Shown here: positions 13,601 through 24,210 of the stretch, one piece after another | Layout of the letters: every line of letters begins with the position of its first letter | Position numbering within the stretch: the stretch's first letter is position 1 | From: Macrostomum hystrix | Taxonomy: Eukaryota; Animalia; Platyhelminthes | Direction of reading: 5' to 3' | Assembly (NCBI GenBank): GCA_950097015.1 | Contig: CATNEN010000034.1 | Span: 1,736,001-1,800,000 of the forward strand | Length of the DNA stretch: 64,000 bases | The notes under the pieces: generated by a model | Seen by the model: the letters and a program-made list of their open reading frames with translations, nothing else | Databases searched by the model: none | Told to the model about the DNA's origin: nothing | Position numbers and translations under genes: made by a program

Positions 13601-15916
13601 TTTTTGCAGACGAGACAGGTGCATCGCCATTCTCCATCGTTACCGGTGAACAACCATTAGTCCCACCTGTAGTTGCCGACACCTCCTCTGTCAAGGAACT
13701 TTCCACAAGACTGCACCAACTTTTTTTTCCGTATCGCCAACCACGAACGCGCGAGGTAAGAATTCATCTGCCAGCAGACTTGGCTGCATGCACCCACGTC
13801 TGGTTGCGACTAGATCGAGTTCGACGTCCCCTAGAAGCACCCTACCAGGGACCCTATGCAGTGTTGGAGAGACGAAACGACATTTACATTGGAAATCAAC
13901 GGCAAGCCTTCTGTGGTGTCTATCGATCGAGTGAAACCAGCTACACTCCCAGCACCGGTACCAATTAGCAAAGCACCAGCAACTACTGTAACACCGGAAA
14001 ACCCACCGGCAGCAAACATACGTGCTAAAACCGCTTCCCACGTTCGTTTTTCCACAGAACCATCTGTTAAACTGTTTTACGCAACTGAACCATTATTAAC
14101 CTAACTGAAAAGCATCGTTTTCTAACTGTTTCATAACAACAATCAAAACCTTTGCATAAACTCCGTTTTTGGGTGGGGGGAGTATCTTGTAGCAGCAAAT
14201 TCACTTCTTTCTTTTAACTCTTAATATTTAAAGATTCAAATGGTACTTTTATTTCCCCCCTTACCGCTAATTTGTCTATGACCCTTGTTATCGATAGGTA
14301 CAGTTGCCCGGTTAAGACTTAAATGTAACCCCACGACAAAACTAAATAAACAAGCCCAAGCTTTTGCCGACTCTTAAATTTAACAGCAACATTTGTAGCA
14401 AGTCAGCTACACTATCAATCCATTTCATTCTTGGATCTGATGGGGTACACTATCAATCCAATTCATTCTTGGATCTGATGGGGTAGACTATCAATCCATT
14501 TCATTCTTGGATCTGATGGGGTAGACTATCAATCCAATTCATTCTTGGATCTGATGGGATAGACTATCAATCCAATTCATTCTTGGATCTGATGGGGTAC
14601 ACTATCAATCCAATTCATTCTTGGATCTGATGGGGTAGACTATCAATCCATTTCATTCTTGGATCTGATGGGGTACACTATCAATCCAATTCATTCTTGG
14701 ATCTGATGGGGTAGACTATCAATCCATTTCATTCTTGGATCTGATGGGGTAGACTATCAATCCAATTCATTCTTGGATCTGATGGGATAGACTATCAATC
14801 CAATTCATTCTTGGATCTGATGGGGTACACTATCAATCCAATTCATTCTTGGATCTGATGGGGTAGACTATCAATCCAATTCATTCTTGGATCTGATGGG
14901 GTAGACTATCAATCCAATTCATTCTTGGATCTGATGGGGTAGACTATCAATCCAATTCATTCTTGGATCTGATGGGGTAGACTATCAATCCAATTCATTC
15001 TTGGATCTGATGGGGTAGACTATCAATCCAATTCATTCTTGGATCTGATGGGGTAGACTATCAATCCAATTCATTCTTGGATCTGATGGGGTAGACTATC
15101 AATCCATTTCATTCTTGGATCTGATGGGGTAGACTATCAATCCATTTCATTCTTGGATCTGATGGGGTAGACTAACAATCCAATTCATTCTTGGATCTGA
15201 TGGGGTAGACTATCAATCCATTTCATTCTTGGATCTGATGGGGTAGACTAACAATCCAATTCATTCTTGGATCTGATGGGGTAGACTATCAATCCATTTC
15301 ATTCTTGGATCTGATGGGGTAGACTAGCAATCCACTTTATTATTGGATCTAATGAGACAGACTAGCAATCCATTTGGTCATTGATTTTGCTCACCTGATA
15401 GGCGGCTCCGTAGCTCAGCTTGGCAAGTTTCTGCCTCTCGGTGTCGTAGCTGACGCTGGCACCGGCGAAGAAGTTGTGATAGCCGAACACGGCGCTAGAC
15501 AGAACCGTGGGAAAATTGGTCTTGAACTCCAAGTCCAGGGCGGCGTTGATGTTGGGCCGTTTGAATGCATTCTTGACCTTCGCGCTGCGCTTGCCTGTGT
15601 TGGGCTCGAGGGTGACTTCAAATGCGTTCTTCAAGCCCTTGGCTAGGCGGTCTTCGATAGCCACCTCGGCTGTGATCACGTTGCTAGTCTTCCACTTCTT
15701 GGTGAATGTCATGCCGTAATCTTTGAAATTGTGCTTCACTTCAACCTCGGCGGTCGCCCGCCCGGTCTCCATATCGTGAGAGCCGCTAGTTTTGAATTCT
15801 GAATTAAACGGCTTCGCTTTAGTCTTTAGTTCGGCTTTCACGGCGCCGAATGTAAAGTCTTTGTTATAAAGATCGTTGGCATCTTTGCTGAGATCACTGA
15901 AGCTTGGCGGGGCCAT
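10667..15916 (-). CDS. VDAC: Voltage-dependent anion channel (mitochondrial porin), 2 exons, 283 aa
   Basis: Exons 15395-15916 and 10667-10996 joined by a phase-0 GT-AG intron; 852 nt in total. N-terminal MAPPSFSDLSKDANDLYNKDF helix, and C-terminal LRVDNRSLLGASY...SSLDCKNLGGGGHQLGLAFSFEA. Confidence 0.95.
11550..14411 (+). mobile_element. Internally deleted Ty3/Gypsy LTR retrotransposon (CsRn1/Kabuki/Boudicca-like)
   Basis: LTRs at 11550-11769 (lacking the last 4 nt) and 14188-14411 (TGTAGC...GCTACA), identical by eye. 4-bp TSD CTAT at 11546-11549 and 14412-14415. PPT gggtggggggagta precedes the 3' LTR. PBS, gag, protease and the RT N-terminus are missing. Clade assignment rests on the recalled VSIDRxKPA integrase tail and is tentative. 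Confidence 0.93.
11779..14104 (+). pseudogene. Truncated pol: partial RT - RNase H - integrase, frameshifted near 13870
   Basis: RT motifs FSTLDLVKAYH, MPFGLRNA and YIDD; RNase H TTDASA..IGAAL and CDHKP; integrase HHCC and D,D,E (HIDLVGP, VTDQG, NGIVER); GPY motif. The C-terminal TFTLEINGKPSVVSIDRVKPA lies in another frame (ORF 13856-14104). Confidence 0.88.
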
Positions 15917-16519
15917 AACTCTTGTCTATTGTTTGCTGGTTTTGTAGAACTGAGGCCTGAGAAAAATTCTTTTATTTTTTTGCCGCTAGCTGCAATAAAA
16001 AGCTGATTATAGCTACTGATGATCATCCTACTGAAAATGCTACTGAGTAGCGTAGATGGGTTTGACTTTAAAAAGTAAAAAATCTTAAAGTTTAACTTTT
16101 AGATAAGCTTGATTCGATAAATAAATCAATGCTTAATATAGTAAAAAAGATGCAAAAGAAACACTTTATTATATTCATAAAAAGGACAATCAGTCTTTAG
16201 TAGAATTTGCATAAAATGTAAAGCAGAAAAAAACACGAGTAACATTTTTCGTCAACTGAATATCTGCTTGTGTTTGATATCATTGAAATTCGGAAAAGTA
16301 AAAAAAGAAAATATAAAAAGAAAGATGATGATGGTTTTTTTACTGCTAAAAATGGTTTGAGGCTAAATTTTGTGTAAATTTGTAAACACGAGTAAATGTT
16401 GGTCAATAGACGGAAACAAAAAAACCATAAAATTGTAAAAACGATTAAAAATCGTTATGCGAGTCTTGCTGCTTATAAACGTCAAGAGAGTACGGATAAA
16501 AAAACTAAATTCAGGAATT

Positions 16520-17035
16520 AAGTAGAGAGCCTCAAACTGCAAGCTTGCAATCAATTAGAGAGCCTCAAACTGCAAGCTTGCAATCAATTAGAGAGCCTCA
16601 AACTGCACGCTTCCAATCAATTAGAGAGCCTCAAACTGCACGCTTCCAATCAAGTAGAGAGCCTCAAACTGCACGCTTCCAATCAAGTAGAGAGCCTCAA
16701 ACTGCACGCTTCCAATCAAGTAGAGAGCCTCAAACTGCAAGCTTGTAATCAATTAGAGAGCCTCAAACTGCAAGCTTCCAATCAATTAGAGAGCCTCAAA
16801 CTGCAAGCTTCCAATCAAGTAGAGAGCCTCAAACTGCAAGCTTGCAATCAATTAGAGAGCCTCAAACTGCAAGCTTGCAATCAATTAGAGAGCCTCAAAC
16901 TGCACGCTTCCAATCAAGTAGAGAGCCTCAAACTGCAAGCTCGCAATCAATTAGAGAGTCTCGATTGCGAATTTGCGATCAAGTAGAACCTTAAACTGCA
17001 AGCCTGCAATCAAGTAGAGAGCCTCAAAGTGCAGC
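16520..17035. repeat. 33-bp minisatellite
   Basis: About 15 copies of agagagcctcaaactgcaagcttgcaatcaatt. Confidence 0.92.
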
Positions 17036-17816
17036 TTGTAAATAAAACGGCGGGCCGAAATCACAGCTAAAAACAGCACCTAAATCCAAGCAGGAATAAG
17101 GAAGCCACAAAAAGTGGGATTGTCAGTGAGCGAAGTTAGTACTCAAAAGCAAGAATATTTTTCTTGAATACTAAAAGCGGTAGTTTCGAAAAATCGGCTG
17201 CAACCGACTAGCTGACTGCTTGTAACAGCAGTTACTATCGATTGAGATCTCGCTAGAGCTAACACGCTGCCTGGTGACTCGCATGGCACAGCTGGAGTGC
17301 GGGTGATTGGCCACTGGGAGACGCTTGCTAGGACAGCCCAGCTGCAGCCAACGGTTCAGATGTAAGCGAGACAGGATATCGTTTAGGCTGAATCGATCCG
17401 AAAAGTAGGCCGATAGTAGAACAGTAGCCATGGGAGACATTGGCCCCCTGCGTTATCCCTGCGTCTGGGATGACGGCAAAAGAATAGCCGAATCGGGCTT
17501 TGAATACAAATGTAAACGGCTATTCATTACTAAAGATCTGGGACTGCAGAATGCGCTCAAAGATTGGGGTCTGGGAGCAGAAAGATATTTAAGATGGGGA
17601 TCTGGGAGCAGGAAGGATATTTAATTTCGGGATCTGGGAGCAGGAATGCGATTTAAGAATGGGATCTGGGAGCAGAAAGACATTCTAGTTTAAGGAGTCG
17701 ATAGAGAAAATGAAATCGAATTTGATCATTCTGGGATGACCCAATTGGAGGATCTAGGGGAAGATGATGCTCGATTGAGATTTACGAATGAATTGAATAT
17801 AACAAAACTCAGTAAA

Positions 17817-18891
17817 TCAGATGAACTGAAGTAAATTAGTCAGTGACCCACCTTTGGTGATCGGACAGAGAATAAATCTTCTCAGCTGAGCAATAATGTG
17901 CTCAGCGGCAGCGTCCTCGTTAATAGCGTACACATTGAGCACTAGATTGGCGCCAGATTGGCATGGAAAGCAGTTGGCAAAGCTGAGGCCCGCCAGGCGC
18001 CGTCCGTCACGGCTAGCCAACGCTGACAATGTCCAGTGCCGCAGCCTGGCCATAGTGGCTGGCCAACAACATGACGCCTCGCGGCAAGGAGTAAAAACTG
18101 TCCCAGGACTAAAGCCGACACCTTCAGCAGGAGTCCACCGTCTCGCTAGCGAGCAGATCCTCGGGCGATGCGACGCGAAATACGCCGGCTAGTGTTTGAT
18201 CGTCTGCTTGTTCGGCAGCGTTGAACAGGCTCGATCGGGTCTGCTCAGTCAGTTCAAATGCTAGACAGCTATGGCTGAGAACAATCTCAGGACTGTTCGG
18301 CTGGCCAGTGCAACGGCGCTGCATCCAGTCGAGAAGGTAGTGCGGCTGACAGTAGACAGCCAGCACGTACAGGTTGGCGACGCCAGCAACTGGGCCGGAT
18401 GGTGTGTCGGAGTTAATGGAGGCAGTGGCATTGCTTTGAAAAGCTACAATATTGGCCTTCGAAATACAGGAAGCTGAAAGAACATTGCGCAGAACTCGAA
18501 TTCCTAGAGAACGATTGATGCCAAACCCGCGACAGGCTTCCAGAGTGCGACCGCCAGCCAGACTGACAGTTCTGTCTGTGCGTGCAGGGCCAAATTCATT
18601 TCACTATCTCATTGTTTCTTTCTCAATCAAAAAATTATTTTCATTAAGAAATTGACAATATTAGCACCAGCACCTGTTTCGCCATCTGAAGCAAATCCGA
18701 ATGCAAAGCCAACCACCAGACCAGTATCTTTGGCGAGGCACACCCACGGATGATAGACAGGTGAATCAATCAGGCCAATTATATTGCCAACTCATATAGT
18801 CAATACCATCAAATATCTCAGGAACTAGAGCCAATACAGCCGACCTGTCGCTGTGAATGGCTGGGCGAAATATAAACTGCTGCAGTTTCAT
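17817..18891 (-). pseudogene. NAT16-like GNAT N-acetyltransferase with at least two frame disruptions (pseudogene or assembly indels)
   Basis: Manual translation from the ATG at 18891 gives MKLQQFIFRPAIHSDRSAVLALVPEIFDGIDYMSWQYNW. After a 1-nt shift near 18773 it continues LIDSPVYHPWVCLAKDTGLVVGFAFGFASDGET, then VSLAGGRTLEACRGFGINRSL (acetyl-CoA motif RGxGI) and SNATASI. A second shift near 18130-18190 leads to GLSFANCFP..GANLVLNVY..HIIAQL. This resembles NAT16/HISAT as recalled. A further exon may lie at 17171-17460. Confidence 0.55.
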
Positions 18892-20159
18892 ATAGTAAGA
18901 CTGCTGCCCAACTGCTTAAGTCTTGGAGGCTAGCATTTCTTAGAAATTCCAGGATTATCAAGACTCTAGAAAAAAAGATTTTTATTGTTAATATTTTACC
19001 TTCTAGACATATCTTAAGTAGGGTATGACATATAGCTAAGGTTTCACCAAAACAGTAAGTATACTTATTTAAAACACTAGAAGCATCTTAATTGCTTTGA
19101 GCCAAAATAAACTAAGAAAATAATTATTTTATACCAAAAATTTGCTAAAAATTAAAATTTATATCCTAGACTTTTTACAAAGAAAGCTACTTATTGATGA
19201 TTATGGAGAAAATTGTGAATATAAAGCCTAAGCGAGTTTTGTATAAAATTTATGATTAAAAAATTATAGTTTATACTAATTCTTTTACTCAAACTAACTA
19301 GTATTTTCTTAGTTAATCTTTTGTAACAATAACTAGAGAATTTACCATATACAAGCACTGATCCTATGCAAATTAGGCATCAGCATTGTCAGGGCCAGAC
19401 TATTTGTCTGATTGGACCACCAAGCAAGATTTTATATGATAGCTGAGAACTAATTCACATGATTGCAGCTCTGCATTCTACAGAGACAAAAAATTAAACA
19501 TTTTAGCTTAAAAATTAATAGACCTAAATCTTTTCATCATCAAAAAAATTTATATACACTACTTTTGCCAATTAACATTTTGTTAAAAGCAGTGCTTATT
19601 ACTTATTAGCACAGTCCCATGCAAAAAGTGTCAACTTTATACATATGGATCCTTGGCAATAATTTCCACCTCATCGACAAGGCAGCAGGCTAGAATAGGC
19701 CACTACAAAATTGTCAGTTTTTTATAAGCTATGCTAAATTCCATTGTAAGATATTGCAAGGCAATTCTATCTGCTTTGAGCAACCATTAAATCCATTACA
19801 ATCTACACTATAGTCAAGTGATGTAAATGTACTATATTATTCATTCTACAATAGTTGAGTTGAAGAAAACTTTAATTAATTTTGTATTCCAAACTTAAGT
19901 TTAAAACATATTGATGGAATTAAAATTTTAAATGAATGAATATAAGTTGTTTTTGTTAGGCTACAAGCTGTTGGTAGAACACATCATCAAAATATGTGAT
20001 AAGTGAAATTTTAGGTAAGCAATGGAGGCTACTTAGGAGACTACATTTAGGAATGATTCTTGATTCAATAATAATAATAATAATAAAATAATTGATTATA
20101 CCTGCCCAATTGAGACAGATCTGGAACTAACAGCATAGCTGCAGCTATTGTACAACACA

Positions 20160-20371
20160 TCTGAAGGCTGCATACAGCTGTTCAGTCCATAGACTAGCGG
20201 GACACCTAGTTTTAGTTACCCCAGCCAATGCTGGTACCCATTTAACAGCTGAAGAAATTCAGAGTTAAAAGGTCTTGCCAATGGACATAAATTGTTCTAT
20301 TAGAGTTGTGAATTAAACCACCAAGCCCCAACCTTTAAGTCTAAAGTCCAATGCTCTAACCACAAGGCTAA
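20160..20371 (-). mobile_element. tRNA-derived SINE, family B (CORE-like)
   Basis: The reverse complement begins tagccttgtggttagagcattggactttagac (tRNA-like), followed by the CORE-like gtccattggcaagacc...cagctgttaaatgggtacc. Confidence 0.6.
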
Positions 20372-20532
20372 AACTGCCATAAAGATGGTGTATTACTGCA
20401 AAGACTCAATTTGATTCAAATATGTACAAAGGTGAGTTATTGGCATGGCACAGCATATACATATACAAGGTGGCAGTTATATTCTAGCATGCTGCCATGC
20501 AGATAATATGAACATCTGCATGACAAAAAACT

Positions 20533-21083
20533 GGACTTCTGGTCATTTTGGCCATACACAGTTTTGGCCATAGCCACTTTGGCCAAAAGCCGTTTTGGCC
20601 AAAAGCCAAATGAGCATAATAATGCTACATTATGCTACTGAATCGGCAGCTGATTCTACAGCAGTAGGCTTAAATACCTTCTTGGACTCTGTAGCCAAAC
20701 TCATTGGCAATACTTGTAATGGCAAGTGAAATGTGCTCATCGGCAGTACTGAACTATTTCTATTGCTGCAGAATATTCAGGTTTTTACCATTCTTTGTGT
20801 ACCAAGTCCTCTTCTTTTATTAATTACTTCTATTCTGCACAAATACTTTGAGCATGTATTTAAAATTCTTCGTTATTGTAAAAGTCAAGTTCGTGCTTTC
20901 CATTGTTGCTATCAAATTAAATTAACAACTTTTAAATAAATTAGAAATTAGCCATAAGAATGTTATGAGTTTAAATAAGTATGGGGCTGAACTGGTTTGA
21001 GGCCAAAATGGCTTTTGGCCAAAACGCCTATGGCCGAAACAGCTTTTAGCCAAAACCCATATGGCCCAAAAGACCAGTGATCC
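20533..21083. mobile_element. Non-autonomous DNA transposon (MITE/foldback) with repeat-built TIRs
   Basis: Left end ggacttctggtcattttggccata matches the reverse complement of the right end, ggatcactggtcttttgggccata. Subterminal ttttggccaaaa repeats occur at both ends. No clear TSD. Confidence 0.55.
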
Positions 21084-21125
21084 AAAACCAACTATTGTGG
21101 TAGGCCTAGCTAGCCAATTTTAGCA

Positions 21126-21463
21126 GGTACCTAGACACTTCGTCGTCTTACAACTTTGTCATCCAGATGACAATCTGTCCAATATCTTAGAAGGTGGATG
21201 ACGAAGAGACTTAGACTTGTGTACACTTTGTCATCTATAAAACATAAGTTTTCAAAGTTAGAACAGAACCACCCCTCCTCACATCTTGTTGGCACCTATC
21301 TTTCAACTCTTATAGGCCTAATAAAATCATTTTTGACATTGCTTGTTATTAGTAGATCTGACAAACTGACCAAACTTTAAAGCATGCCAATTGGCTGGAT
21401 GACGAAGTGACCTACTTTCCAAGTGGATGACGAAGTTTTAAGATGACGAAGTGTCTAGGATCC
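21126..21463. mobile_element. MULE/Mutator-like non-autonomous element
   Basis: TIRs ggtacctagacacttcgtcgtctta / taagatgacgaagtgtctaggatcc. Perfect 9-bp TSD attttagca at 21117-21125 and 21464-21472. Confidence 0.78.
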
Positions 21464-21797
21464 ATTTTAGCAACCTGCCATGTGGATAAGGTAGACATTA
21501 TTTGCTTGGCATGGACCTACAAATATGCACTTTTAGCATATGACCATGCCCAGAAAATAAGCACTGCCTATTGACTATTGTTGTAGGTGCTAGAAAATGA
21601 TGATAGTGTAAAAACTAAAGATAGTTCCAAAATTATAATACTGTTGAGAATAATTTGATTGTGCAATGACTTGTGACTATTACAAAAAAGGCTTTGACTG
21701 AAGTGGATTGCATATTTTATATTTTGAAAGTTACCCTTTGGGAAAAGTTGACAATCTAAAACAGCATACTGGCTCATTATAAAGTATTAAGAAAGCT

Positions 21798-22667
21798 GGG
21801 CAATATTTTACTTCCGTTCGTTAAATTATTTTTTCTTTTGAAAATAGCAGCTGACGACAAATAAACGTGTTTAACGGTGTTTAAAGGTAAAGACGGTCAG
21901 GACTGTGGTCAGTAATTATGAAATGGTTAAATTAAATTTGATTTATTTTGTATTGTACCATGACTACGTGGCTATCGGGCGGGCTGATATTCGATTATTG
22001 CCATAGACGATGTCATTTTGGCCCGAAAAGTTGGGCCGATAATGGATTATTTTTGTGTATTTTAACGTATAGCCACATACTATAAGCCACATAGTCTATG
22101 GTACAATCACAGTATTACCCAGGCTTTGCGGGCGATAATGAGAAATCCCTCGGGCGCCTTCGGCGCCCTCTGGCTTTCCCATTATCGCCCTGAAAGCCTG
22201 GGTAATAATATACTATTATACTCTGAGTTTGAAAGACTTGTGCTGACGTGGCTGATGTGGCTGATATGTCTATGGTAAAATTGTCGACCCCCGGGGTATA
22301 GGACAGGGGGGCTGTGGAGCAGAAATATTTTTGCTGAAGACTCAAGTTTTCAAGTTTCACTTGTATTCTTCAAGAGCATTCACTATGGCTGGACGACCTG
22401 CAGCCCCATCGGCATCCGCCACTACTATCCAGTTTGAGTCCGAGATGACAGCACGAGATGTTGAGATAAGATGAGAACATGAGAGATGACTCCTGACGGT
22501 TTCAGAACTGTTTCAGCTTCTGTTTCAGAACTCCTACCATTTCAAAAATCCTACCGTGTTACCGTTAATTGTTGTTAACTGTTAAACACCGTTAAACACG
22601 TTTATTTGTCGTCAGCTGTTATTTTCAAAAGAAAAAATAATTTAACGAACGGAAGTAAAAGATTGCC
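21798..22667. mobile_element. Non-autonomous DNA transposon with ~85-bp TIRs and 8-bp TSD (Merlin-like or MULE-like)
   Basis: TIR ggcaat(a/c)ttttacttccgttcgttaaattattttttcttttgaaaata.cagctgacgacaaataaacgtgtttaacggtgtttaa at both ends. TSD gaaagctg at 21790-21797 and 22668-22675. GG termini with an 8-bp TSD fit Merlin. Confidence 0.8.
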
Positions 22668-24210
22668 GAAAGCTGACTATGATATAGTGTCATGAATCTT
22701 ATGGTTGTAAGTCTTGATAACCAGACGAATAATCAAAATAATTAAATCTGTTTAGGCCTAACTAAACAAAAAACAACTACCTAAAATTAAATTTGAAACT
22801 AGCTAGACTGTTCTAATTTTGTTCCTAGGCCAATAACATCAATTCTAAAACAACACAGCAATTAGAATACAAGCATGACAGCTTAATTATTATGTTAGGC
22901 ATCAGTCATTACAAATACTATAGGAGTCTATAGCAAAATAATACAGAAGAAGACCAGAAGTTAATGCGTTAGAATGTAGCACATAACTGTTGCACTAAAC
23001 CAGTCACATCCTTCCCATTTCCTTCGATCAAAAATCAGCATTTTGTGCTTTAAGCTGATCATGAAGTATTTTTTATTTATTTACGTAAATTAAGTGGAAA
23101 TCTATTTACTACTTACTATACAATAATTACTATACAATAAAGTTTATAGTTTTACAATATTTTTGTTTACTCTTTTAAATAGTCGGCACCAGATCAAAAT
23201 TTATATTTTCCTAGAAGCTTTTAGGTTGCATCCACTGGAGGCCTGCCTACCCACACTTTACTTACCAGTTTTTTATGTTTTGTTATCAGCCCTGATAGTC
23301 ATTTGACGATGTTGATATAGATTCTATTTGACTATTTAATTCAAATTCGTTCTTAGATCTTAGTTCGAATTTTTAATTCCATTACATGTTGCCACTAAAC
23401 AACTTTCCAATTCCACCAAGCCAAACCACTGCAATTATTTTTAGTGTTTTAAGCCTGTGTTAGGCAGTAGTATTTTTTTAAACATAATGAACCTTTTTTC
23501 TTAAATTACACTATTGTCTTGTTATTTGATTTAATTTCAGCTAGAGCAAATATAAATTAACGAGTAATGGCATCTTTCTATTTGCAGCATGATGTGATCA
23601 TGTGGTGATGGTCACTATATGAAAATTTTGTCGTTTGTCAGTACATGAAACTTGTATTTATATTTTTATGACTATGCATGTCTGTAATCATAAAAATAAG
23701 CATATCATTAGTTATGTAGTCACCATATATATAATAACTAGCATTAAAGAAGTGTCTCTATCCCAGCATTAGAATTTTGTCATAATTTTAGCTATGTACT
23801 TATTTGCTATATCTAAAGCATTTGCCTTTTTTATTGCTCAAATCGGTATCTATTTATTGTACTAATAGTTAGATCAATATAATAATTGTCTTTAAATATT
23901 TTTCAGTTATAATATACTTGTACTATTCATATAATATACATACTAGAGTTATGCTGTTTTGATTAATTAAACTTTTTCATATAGATATTTTATAGACTAC
24001 AGTTTCAAGCTCAATATGTATCAAATATAGAAATAGACCTATACCTATAACAAACCTATAGAAATTGTTATCAATTGCCAGTAAAAAATGGATGTTGCAT
24101 TTGTCATGCCTCATTAGAAAAATATCCATTATTTGTTGGCAATGGTTTTGTTGTGTGCAATTCCAGGCTTGCTATTTTTGCAACTTTCTTATTTGCATGA
24201 CAGGTATTTA

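Larger units (their letters stand above)
11120..15372. repeat. 38-bp minisatellite filling the VDAC intron, split by the Gypsy insertion (11120-11549 and 14412-15372)
   Basis: Unit tcaatccaattcattcttggatctgatggggtagacta, with more diverged units at both outer ends. Confidence 0.95.

Noticed and set aside
24133-24210. Hydrophobic N-terminal extension (signal peptide or TM) on the KCTD ORF
   Set aside because: It starts at a TTG in AT-rich sequence upstream of a plausible acceptor (gcatgacag at 24203), so it is probably intronic or UTR.
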